From Flaccisagitta enflata (taxonomy: Eukaryota), in contig OZ231126.1 of assembly GCA_965153355.1 (NCBI GenBank), positions 29,078,001 through 29,142,000 on the forward strand: 64,000 bases of DNA. The letters are read 5' to 3'. The notes beneath the pieces are model-generated. The model was given only the letters and a program-made list of their open reading frames with translations, was not told the origin of the DNA and ran no database searches. Of the stretch, positions 32,691 through 45,517 are shown piece after piece (within the stretch, counting starts at the first letter, position 1; every line of letters begins with the position of its first letter). The position numbers were made by a program, and so were the translations under genes.

Positions 32691-35600
32691 TTGAAACAGC
32701 ATCCAGTTATAGTCCAGATGGTGTTTGCGCGTACGTAAGCGGTTTACCATATGTCTTTGTTTCTACGCTTTGCGAAAGATAACATCGGAATCTTTTATAT
32801 TCCGTTTGCTGTAAATGCGTGTGTGCAGCGGTAGCTTGTCATTTGGACATTGCTTTGTATAATTTTTTTGTTTTCATCTTTTCTTTTTTGGATTGCGACA
32901 TTCGGAGGGCTGGGGGGGGGGAAGCGATTGACTGATAGCGGTTGTGTGTAGACGTCAGTAGACACTGCTTAGTCTGCCTATAAATTCCTCGAGTACCTAA
33001 AGGATTTCATGGTTGTGACTTTGTGTGCGATACAAGGAGAAAAGCCCCGTGCAATATTTTGGGAAGAAACTTGACCATTCATACTTTTTAGTTCTGATGT
33101 GAAAGCGTTAGGATGTTGATAATGATTTTGAAGAAAACTACAAGTGCGTTCATTGCCAGGTTATATAATATAAATGCATATCTGATATATTTACTGATAT
33201 TACTTGTAAGTAGTACGATAAATGATTTTTATTGTATATGTGTCGAGGGTGATTTGGCAGACTGAGCAGTGGACAGTGGGCATTTATTCATGTTGGTAAC
33301 TGTAAGTGGGACTGTAAGTGTAAGTGTAAGTAACTCTAAGTGGGAGACATTCGTAGTCGTGATGATGATCTTTGCAGAAAACGTGAATTCCATCTTGCCC
33401 CCACACTTTTTATTTCCGGTCACTTCATCATTAGGAAATATTTGAGTTGCGCCAAGTTCCGCTTCCGCTTTCCCTATTCAAGGCAGGCCGTTAAAAAGAA
33501 CCGATGTATACGATTTTTTTGGGAAGCGACTGATATCTAAGAGTTCTAGTCGCGTGCACGTTGCTATGTTGGATTGTCGGTACATCCGTCAGTCTGAATA
33601 TTTTTATGGGCAAACACTGCTCTCAAACAGAATATCTACATTGTAAAGGCGTAGTCATGCTGTATGGGGCCTGGGAGCCGGATCCTGCTGGAAATACAAA
33701 AAAAATCATTGAAAGTGCTTCGCAACTCACGAACCCGAAATTAAACAATCCAATTAGATAATTTTGACACTGATGGCAATTCCTTACATTCGGTCTTTCG
33801 GAACTTTTTCCTTTTAATTTTACAGATGTGACTAGTTTGAGTTCCATTATCATCTATCATCCGCTGTGGCTTTTTTTATTATTTTCTTTTCAATTTTTGT
33901 TCCCGGCGTTCTCATATACATCATAACGCGTTTTTTCACTCATTGCTTGAATTGACATTGTTTCGTAGTTTAGAATGCCCTCCCACCTCTTTTTGGTTCC
34001 TTTAACGACTGACTTGATCGTTATTTTTCCAGATTTTAAAAAGTACGGCAACTTTAAAGAACAATCATGATGACATGACTCATGAGTTAACTTGATCTAG
34101 TCACGATCATCGATGATCTGTGTCGTGACGCACGTGGGAGGCGAATTGTTAATTGATGACCACCATAATTAGTTTATATAACTATGATTTTTGCCAGACT
34201 TACCAAAACCCACATCTGTAATCTTAAGTTATAGTTGACATGAATTGTATCACTACAATTACGATCATATATGAAATAAATAAGAAATTACCCATTTTTG
34301 TTAAATTCTCTGCGCATGACTCATGTGAATCAACATATTCAGTATCAATGAATTCCCGAATCTCGATTTATTTCAAATGCCGTCCCCCATCTTTCACATA
34401 AACACACAAACACACACTCAATTCGAACAGAGAAACACACACTCTCTCTCCAATTGTTATATCAAAGTGCAAATTTGTGAGTCGGCAGCCGTAGCTGTTG
34501 CCTCAATTTTTTTTTCATGCGGCAACTCTCTGATTGACAATGTAGTTCTTTACTGAGAAATATAAAACAAAAACGAAACATTGGTCTTGGTCCACCTTCA
34601 TTCGACTGATATGTTGAATTCAAATGAAAATAAGAAGGTCAGGATTAAAATAGAGGCTAGGTTGATTTATTCCACTGAAGTATTAATAGATTACGTATCA
34701 GCGATAGGCCTAAGCCAATGCGTATCCACTCAGGTGTGTCAAATACGGGTGATGACTGAATTTGAGACCATAACGCTGACGCAAGATGGGGCTGTTGATT
34801 TTAAAACGATGACCGTTTTTCTTTTTCCAAAATTCAATCGGCAACCGTTTTTTTTTCGCGATCAAAATCTAATGCAGTGTCTGCACTCTCGTTTGCCAAG
34901 AAACAAACTTATTAACCAAAAAAGACTATTTTACCATTTCATTGAAGTTGATATGATTTACTCAGACGCTTTTCTGTGAAGCTTTAAAGTGGATAGCAGT
35001 ATTTAAAAGTAATTGGAATGCCGCACTATACAAGGCAAAGGATGATAAGTCGATAACCTTATAACAACGTTATGCAAATTAGGGGCAAAACAGGGCTTTT
35101 GTAAAAAATGGAAGATGACCGAAATTTGAAAAAAAAAAAACGGTAAGGGCGTTCAAACGAGCAACCCCATGATGCCCTAGCGTTATACTCTCAGGGATTA
35201 ATGTTTTGCATATTGACACACCCGACGTATCCACAGATAAAGTGTTTGATGGGAAGAATATTGAATTTCTGAGATCGTAATGAAAATGAATATGACAGAG
35301 TAAGACAAGCTGATTAGTGATAAGGTAAGTCCATCAACAAGATGGAAACTTATATAACGTGCAACCAATGTCAGATGTAGGCGTATATTTCATGGAATGC
35401 TGCATAGCAGATTTTTTACAAGGACGGCGGGGTCACGATATCGTTGCGTAGAAACTAGAAAATGAGGGGGCAGGGGGGCAGAAACAGAAATGCGTGCTTT
35501 TACACTTTTATTCAACTCAACCATCATGGACCAACCCCACGAACCGACCACCAACCTGAGTTTTGTGTCTGCTACAACAAGAAATAGAAATATGACTGAT

Positions 35601-36533
35601 TTTAAAAAGACCAAGCGAAAAAATTTTGATAACTGCTGTAGAATTGAAATTTTGCCGCAGTTTGAAGTAAAAACAGGTGTAAATTAAAACTAACAGTGAT
35701 CATAAGTTATTGGTAATAGTTTAATTTTGACCAAGTATTACAGAAAGACATGAGATAGCTTTATCACGAGGCTGGTTATTCTGCCATCATTACTCTGACG
35801 TTTCAAGTTTAATCGATAAGAAACAAATCGATAATGATATGTTTGGTTTCTGCTGATGCGCACTAAAAAGCGTATTTTCACAAGTCATTTGTCTGGATCA
35901 TAGAATAACGCCATTGGGGTGATTCATCAGTATCCCTGATGACGAGCAGAATTATTTTTGGTTCTTTTCACTTTTGTTACCTGTTGACAGCAATTTACAA
36001 TGTTTACAAATTACGAGTTAACTTTCTTACATGTTGTTGTCAGAAGCTTCCGCTTTTACTGACTTATTATCCAGCTGAAAACATATGGAAGAATCATTGC
36101 GCTGTTACTGTGTAACAAGTGACACGGGGTCACTATATCATTGCGGACGGGTGGGCAGGGGCATACAACCCCTGTCCACACACTCAGTCCCTCACCCACC
36201 CCACACACACTCACAAACACAGATAATTAAAGTGGCAGCATCAAAAATGCGTGTTTTTGCACTTTTCGACTGCATCATCACGGACGGACCAAGGGACCAA
36301 GGGACCGACAGACGGACGGACGGACGGACGGACAAAGCCCCTTATAGAGTTGCGTGTCCGCAACTAATATTGGGACACCGTTTCGCGCTGTTCCAACTTA
36401 AAGGAGCGAAAGTAAGTGGAGTTGAATGCATCAGTGATGACCTGATTTCTAAGTCCAGCTATTTTGCCGCTTTTTCGGTCAAGGCGTGTTTTTAAATGCT
36501 TTAGTAATGGCGTGTTTTTAAATGCTTTAGTAA

Positions 36534-39500
36534 TTATCGCTTCAATCCGTTGACTTTACGATGATGATCAAAACCCCCGAAGCACTTTTCGAGGAATAGT
36601 TCAACTCTTTGGTAGAGATGGCGTTGTTGCGAATATCGCTGCTGACACTGTTGTAAATGGCGATAAGAGCCGGATCTCCCACGTTTCTCATGAGGCAGGA
36701 AGGAAACGCTTTGACCGATATAAGCCTGAGGAGAATGAGTGGGTACAAGGGTGGAATTATGTAAGAAAGGACTAGTTTTCAGTCGCCCCGCTTTGTCGGT
36801 CGGTCGGTCGGTCGGTCCCCTTTTTACTTTTTCGGCGTTTTTTAGCCTTTTGAGCTCACAGCTCCTTCCCAAATGCCATTATAAGTCATTCTAAGTCATT
36901 CTAAGTCATTTTAAGTCTTTCTAAGTCATTCTAAGTCATTTTAAGTCATATTAAGTTATATTAAGTCACTGAAGTCAATCAGGTCAATATGGTCATTACC
37001 ACGCGTATCAAAAAAAAAAGACGCACCTGGTCATCTATTGATAAAACAGACAAAAAAAATTGTTCAAAATTTTTTTTATTGAAAGTGTTTTAAAGATTTT
37101 TTAATTTTCTTTCAATCTAGACCAATCCCAGGTCAGTATCTTAAACCGTTTAGAAGTTAGAGCCAGTCAAAGACAAGTACTATTTTGAGCATATCACAAA
37201 ATGCAAAATCCTTGGAAAAATAGTTTATAGTTTTTATATCTAATGAAAAGACTTAAGAAAAGTTTTCAAGCATTTTTCAGACAAGATAATTTTAAAGATT
37301 TTCGAATTTTCTTTCATTCTAGACCAATCCCAAGTCTGTATCTCAAATGGTTTAGAAGTTATAGCTGATCAAAGTGAAACATTGATTATTTTGAATTCTT
37401 TTTCTCTAATAGAATTGTAAAAACGATTTTCGACTATTTTTACTCTTTTTTTTTACTACGCCCAAACGCCTCAAGATTAAGATCTTTTTCTTTTTGATTC
37501 TTAAAGCTTAGAAGCTATGCTTTTCAAAACTGCAAAGCATTCAACTTGAAATCGATAAGGAAATGGTTAAAATGGTCATTTAAAAGTGCGTCTTTTTTTT
37601 TATACGCGTGGTAAAGTCATTTTAAGTCATTTCAGGTCCCCTTAAGTCATTTAAACTCAATTTAAGTCATCTTAAGCTATTCATGTCCTGCACGCGACTT
37701 ATAGGCGTTGTCCTTGTTTTTTAGCGTGCTGTATGAACACAACTACATAGCAGGAGAAAGAAGCATATAGCAGGGAAAAAAAAATAAGAAAGAACGGTAG
37801 AATGAATGAAAAACACACAAAAAAAATAAATAAATAAAAACAAGGAGAGAAACAACACCTTGAGAGAAAGAGCGAAAGTAAGAGAGCGATACAGAAAGAC
37901 GAGAGAGAAAGACAGAAAAGAAACAAAGAAAAGAGTGATAGATTAGACGTCACGGTTCCCCTTGCCTGCAGATTGAAAGAAACCCCATTTTCGATCAATT
38001 TGTCCAAAAGTGGCTTCATTTGCTTTTCGTTACTTTTATCTGCGTGGGAATATAACGAAGGAAGGAATAGTATTTTATCATTTTCATAAGACATTGTATT
38101 TCATAAGCTGTAATAATAGAATTATGAAGATTCTAACCAGAGCTAATTACTCATGTGAATTAATTGATTTCATTCATTCTTTCGTTCATTTATATATACC
38201 ATCGATGGTCCCATAGATAAGAAGGAGTGCGTCATCAGAAATCTGCGGTGCGACGTCGAGGAGATTCAAAGTCGAGCCTTTGGCAACGAAACTCTCGGAG
38301 AGAAGTACATCTGAGACCACAGATTGTCAATGCAAGAGAATACAAAAGATGAACGACAAGAGTTAGAAATTAGATTTATGGCGGCTAAATTTCGAAGGAA
38401 AATCAAGTGTTTCAATAAAATTTTTGCATCATAATCAGAACGATAATGAAACTGGAAAGTTTTTAGTAGACAAATTGTCTCTAAAGACACTTGGTTTATA
38501 CTTTTTAATCATAATCTGACCTAGAAAGTAATTTTAACTATGCGATTCACTTGAAAACATGCAGGAAAATGATAAAATGATGGTTTTTCATGAATTTTTG
38601 CTTTTAATTTTTTTCATTTTCTGCGGTCTAAATTCTAAAAAAACCAAATTCAAAGAAATTTTGTATTTTGAAAAACAGTTCTCTCTGTAATCGATTTGAG
38701 AAGAGAACTATGTTTTTCCTTTTTTCATTTTTCATTTTCTATGCAAATTTAGAATTTAGACTGGCGCCCTATCAGAGACCAAAATTGAAAAAAGAATAAA
38801 TTTTCAATAAATTTTCTATGGTAATGTTGGCTAAACTTGATCCTTTTTGCTAATTAATGCAAATTTTTCTTTTAAATATTGTGTCTGAGCTATCCTAATC
38901 ACTTTTATTCACTTATTTTGCCATTTTCATTCATACATGATTTTCATTTTGACCCTCTATGAAACACAAATGTTGCCTTCGGAGGGGCGCTGTCTTATGC
39001 AAAATGGAGCTAATGGCATTTTAAAATGTGTTCGACACAAAGGGTTGTAGTAGGGCAGTGCAGAGGTAGTATTGCTAGAGAGGAAAACAAGGCCGGATAC
39101 ACGGTTACCTAAGTTGCGCGCGGGTGGGCACTGGCCAGGCGCTGTGTTTAAAAACGCTAACCAATCTTTTGGGGAGTGATAATAATTCAACAAGGCCGGA
39201 TACACGGCCATCAGTTGCGGACGGGTGGGCAGGGGCAGAAGTGCGCGTTTTCCCACTTTTCAACTCGATCACCACGGACCAACCGACCGACCAACCGACC
39301 GACCAACCAACCAACCGACGGACGGACAAAGCCTCATATAGAGTTGCGTGTCCGCAACTAAAAACAACTCGTAGACGTCGAAAAAAAAATTGGTATCACC
39401 CAACTGGACCGTCACATCGACGGACCGAATGACATAGCGACTTAAAGATCATGCATTGTGCAATTGTGGATTTACCTTGATCTTTCCACTGTACAATTGG

Positions 39501-42028
39501 GGAAATAACGACGCCGCAGTTCGGCGCCGCTTGTTTAGTTTGCTTCTTCGCTAAAGCGGCGAAAGCGACGGAACCTTGGAAACCGCAGCCCAGGACAGCG
39601 ACCTTTGATGTATCAACGTACGGAAGAGAACGCACGTATCTGAATTTGATGGAAGGATGATGACTGCAAATTGATCTTGGCGGGAAGAGAGACCTTGCTC
39701 TTTGATAATGCGTCTGTGGCCGACACGCGGATAAGTCATCTTCACCATATGATTCTTTCATCTCATTTCACCTTACTTTATTTTTTTTATTACTACAAAC
39801 AATGACACGGAGACATTGAAATCATTTCTTTGTTTCATTCTTATAAATTGCTAACCGTTGAGCAGTTTTCCTCAACGAGAAAGTCACTTTAAAAAAACAT
39901 ACCCCAAGGTTTTGTTGACTGCGAGCAATGACGCGGAGACGTTGAAGTCATCTCTTCCTTGAAGTGTAACGACGATGACGTCATTTTGACTCACTTGACG
40001 ATGGAACCAATCAATTCCAGATTTTAGATGCGATGAACCACTTCGAGACGAGAAAACGTCTTCGCATCCCCTGATTGACAAATGACAATAGAAAAAAACC
40101 TAATTTATAAGCAGAAGTTGCTACTAGCTAACTAGTGGTAAGACAATGAACCCCATCTATTCCCGGTCAGGGATGCGTCAACAGTCCGATTAAATTCATG
40201 TTGCAGAAACTGATTAAATGAAAATTTCACGCGGAATGGAAGCGCATCCTTGTCACGCATCCTTGTTAAGGGACTTCGGTATTCGAGTTGATCAATCGGT
40301 GAAAGCGAAAGTGATTTGTACTCACAAATAGATGAGGACGGGGTATTTGACTTTTCTCTCCAAAGGGTTGAACAACGGAGGACGCAATATGGAGATGGAG
40401 ATACCTGAGAAGAAGAAAAAGAGATAGAGAGCGAGAGCGAGAGCGAGAGAGAGCGAAAGAGGGCAAACGAGCTAGTGCAGTGGGCCGCTACCCACAAAGG
40501 ACAGACAAGCAGACACACACATCAGAGAAAAACTGTCGTAAATTCTTGGAAACGACAATAACAAAGAAGTGGTACCCAGTTACAAGGCTCAAGCTTTATC
40601 AGTCATCAAAAATTAAGCTTCCCTTGCCTAAAGAAAAGTATAAATATTTGCGCAAACTAATGCTGAGACATTTTCTACATTCATGTTACAATATACCAGC
40701 TAGAAAGGAAAAGGATTTAACCTCGAAAATAGGGCTAAATTTAGCCAAAAATGTACGACAGAAAAAGCGAGATGAACAGACTCAGTTTGGCTCAGCCGGA
40801 AATGACGATTAAGTTTATGCCTTTCATCTCATTCAGTTGTCATGAATCAGGAAAGAAATGAACAAGGCCAACACCTATAAGTCGCGTGCAGGACATAAAT
40901 AACTTAAGATGACTTAAATTGAGTTTAAATGACTTAAGGTGACCTGAAATGACTTAAAATGACTTTAATGACCATAGTGACCTTATTGACTTAAGCGACT
41001 TAATATAACTTAATATGACTTAAAATGACTTAGAATGACTTAGAATGACTTAAAATGACTTAGAAGAACTCATAATATCTTCACAATAGAAATCTTTACA
41101 CATGTTTTAACTAATATCTCTGGTTATATTAGCCCATTCTTTAAAAAATTGGTGGCCATATTAAAGACAAGTTGGAGACGGATAAGCAGGATTTTTGAAG
41201 TAGGGTTAACGGACGGACGGAACGACAGACCCTCTTATAGAGATGCGAGGACGCATCTAAAAAGGAAAACGATGAGGTAGCTGGCGACAAATTCGAGACA
41301 CCTTCAGAAGTGAGAGCCGTAAAACAAAAGGACGGGTCAATGACCTCTTTCAATACAAGAAATGATAAGATGGTAGAGAAAGAGAGGCGGAAATATTGAA
41401 GAACAAGGCCGGATACACGGCTACCCCAGTCGCGTGCTCAAAAAGCTCAAAAACGCCAAAAAAGTAATAGTCGTGCTTAGATGGTCAGCGGTACCCGTGC
41501 CCTGCCTGTTGGTTGTGGTTGAAGTGAGGGGACTATACACATATGATTTTCTCCTCTCCTCCTCCCCTCAAATCCCAGTCTCGAGGCTTAAATTCCAGTC
41601 TCAAGGCCCAAATCCTCTGAGGCCCAAATCCCAGCCTTAAGGCCCAAATCCTAGCCTCAAGGCCTAAATCCTAGCCTGGAGGCTGAGATCTGGGCCTCAA
41701 GGCCGGAATCTGGGCCTCTTGGCTGAGATTTTGACCATCAGGCTGAGATTTGGGCTTCACGGCTGAAATCTGGGCCTCCAGGTTAGGATTTAGGCCTAGA
41801 GGCTAGGATTTGGGCCTTGAGGCTGGGATTTGGGCCTCAAGACTGGAATTTGGGCCTCAATACTGGGATTTGAGGGGGGACGTAGAAGGAGGAGAAGGAG
41901 GAGAAAATCCCCCATATGTGTGAAAGCATAGGTCATCGACCCCTTCGGGGCCGCTGCCCAAAAAGGGGACCGACTGACCAACCGACCAACCGACATAGCG
42001 GGTTGTAGAGTCGCGTAGCACGCGACTA

Positions 42029-42088
<60 letters not shown>

Positions 42089-42111
42089 AAAAAAAGAAAG
42101 AAAGAAATATT

Positions 42112-42176
<65 letters not shown>

Positions 42177-42248
42177 AGGAAAGAAGGAAAGAAAGAAGGA
42201 AAGAAAGAAGCAATGAATGAAGCAATGAATGAAGCAATGAATGAAAAA

Positions 42249-42343
<95 letters not shown>

Positions 42344-44623
42344 GAAACAAACGAAGAGATAAAGAATTAAAGAAAGAAAGGGAAAAAGCATTACAAGAAC
42401 AGTTCTATGAGGCTATCTTTCTTGTTCCTCACTGAAATTTCACACAGCATGGCAAAATCACTTACCAAATTCGGAGGCAACATTCAGCGTTTTGTTTTCT
42501 TTGTGAGGAAGCCATCTTTCCCCCAAAACCTTCCGCATTTCTTCATTGTGTTCGATTATGTGGCCCTCTTGGTGAGGCGGAAGGGGGAAAAATAGGGCGG
42601 GAAATGCCACAAAAATGGACACGGCATTAACATTCATTTTTTAACGGGACTGATGGTAATAGATCTCATCAGTTGCCATTGAAAATGACTCCATGTTGAG
42701 ATAAGAAACATTAACATCTGTCTACAAATTAACGTCACAACTTTGAAGCAATACATAAAAATGCCATCGACTTGACCAGGGCGTCGACTCAGGGCTGCCA
42801 ATGTCAATGAAATTGTTTTAAAGCCATTCGAGGTTCAAGGTTAAAGTCGACGATTGCAACTTACTTTTACGTTGTCCACGAAGAGGATGAACGACGGAAA
42901 AAGGTAAGTGAAAATGCAGTTTGGAGATTTGGCAGTCAAGAAGAGCGAAATCCGCGGACGGACCGACGGAAGCGCGAAAACTGTGACAATTCTTGTAGGA
43001 ACAGCTAATGCACTCTGTTCATAGCCAAATGGAAAAAGAAGAATGGAAAAAAAAAATGATCTTGGTACAGTAGATTTCATCAAGACTTGAGATGACGGGG
43101 GCAAGGATAATAGGAAGGAAATTGAAGCGAGGGGAATGATATTCAGAAAATGAACTAATAAAAAAATGATTTATTTCTTATGATGGTCAGTTGCCATGGA
43201 AACACATTTCCATATAAATATTTTGAGAGATTTTTTAAGAAATAGTGTTTAAAATCAAATTTGCTACAACATTCCCGCAATAGGGAGCCTATCTATGTTT
43301 GACAACCCCTAGCAACCGCCAGACGAGCGACATTCTTACAGTAAGTTGTAGCAAATTTAATTTTAAGAAATGCGCCTTATAAATTTTCTCAAAATATTGA
43401 TATTTTAGCGAAAATACATGAGAATGTGTTTCCATGGCAACCAGCTATCATTGGCAATAAAGCATCCTTATATTAGTTTATGTTTCAAATATCACTCCCC
43501 TAGCTTCAACCGTATTTCTACAATATTTGCCTCCTTTATCTCAAGTCTGAATGAGATCTACTGTATCATATCGAAATGGAAATGAATAAAAGGATTTAGA
43601 GAATAAATCATTTGAGCTCAGTTTCATTCTGTTAACATACAGTCCATTTTTGGGACATTTATTTCCTTTTATTTTATGTTTAAAACTCGTTGTGACTTGA
43701 TCAAAAAGGACAAGAATTCTCATACAGAATACCAAATACCTGGTTCTTGAGGTAGATTCTTAAGGCCGGTTGAGGTTGTAGTAACCGTAACGCTGTGGAG
43801 CAATTGACAGCGAATGAAGTGAATATATACTAAGGCTCAGACGCAGAATGGGGCGCTAATAGCGCAAATACGGTTAATGATTAGGAAACACTGTGACTGT
43901 GACACCTTTTATCTTCTAACGGATCTTACCTGAAGAGGTGATGTGAATGCGGCGAGGACAGAGGAGACCCCATGAAGTAACTGGAAACGCAAAAGATAAA
44001 GTATTAATCATATGTCTCTGAAACAAAAGTTAAAGTGAGAGTATGAAAAGTGACCGGGAATGGGTGTTACTGGCATTCTGAAAAAACGGAATACGCTCAA
44101 TTTCAACCATTTTTTGTTATTTATCTGTTTTGATCAATTTTTACATTTTTTTTCTCTTAGTTGTTAGTTGTTTCTGTGCCCTGTCATTAATGACGAATAA
44201 AGGATATTTTAAGCTGACAAACTTGATTTAGTGTTTTTATATCTATCGTATTTTTCAAAAAAAAAAAAAAAAAAAAAGATGAAAAAAAACACGAGAGTGA
44301 AAAAACCAAGCAAAAAGCTTATCAAGACTCGACAGGGCAATTTTCAGTTTCACTTACATGATAGAACGGGATTCATCAACGGCGACTATTTCAGACGGGA
44401 TTAATTCTTCTCCTTTAAATGATTTCAACGTTATTTCCTCCCTTCCTCTTTTAACTTCAGTCTGAAAGTGAGTGAAAGAAGGAATAGAAGTAACGCGAGG
44501 TTAAAACATCGGACCGACGGAGGGACAAAGTCTCTTGTAGAGTCGCGATTGCGGGACTAAAACTGCCAGTATTCTCTTTGCCAATTTGTCGGTCTGTGTA
44601 TATCCGTGTCTGTCTGTCTGTCC

Positions 44624-44663
<40 letters not shown>

Positions 44664-45419
44664 GAAAGGCTGACTTTCACCATTTTGAAATCTTTTCTTG
44701 GAGCCCTTGAATGTGGAAGAGAATGAAAATGATCCCGTTGAGTCGCGTAACTTTTCCGCGATTTGATGTCGAGTTTATTAGAGAACGGATATGTCGTCGT
44801 CTTCGTCGTCGTCGTTTTCGTCGTCGTCGTTGCCGTCGTCGTCGTCGTCGTCGTCGTGGTCTCGATGTTTGTTGTTTTTAATTTTCTTTCATCATTTACT
44901 TTCACCACTTTTGATGTATCTATCGAAGTTTTTTTTTGATAAGTCGATACATTCGCTAAAGATGACGTGATATTAGGATAAGACATGTCCATTGATGTAG
45001 ACATGCTTGAATCAAATGCCATTAATGCTGCTGATGACACGTTGGTAGGATATGATTTATTTGATGTAGTGTCTGTTGGAAAAGATACTGATACGTCATT
45101 CAGTGACATGCTCCTGGTCGATTCATTCGCTTCCCCTGCTGCTGCCATTGTTTTGATTCCTTGTTTTGATTTTACTTCAGTAGTCTCCGACTTGATTACT
45201 GCTGTTTTAGCCATTGTTTTGCCCCCCGCTGAAGAAGGTGGTGTTGATGCTGTATGAATAATTGTCCTTTTGTTGGTAATTAAGGATTTCCGCTTTGATT
45301 TCATCTTTGCGGAGGTTTCGCCGCCTGTCGGCAAAATGGCGTAGAAATGGGAAGTTGACGTGACCAACATCGATGATCGCCAACGCCATGGAGGGAGGGA
45401 AAATTGGTTACGCCACAGC

Positions 45420-45517
<98 letters not shown>

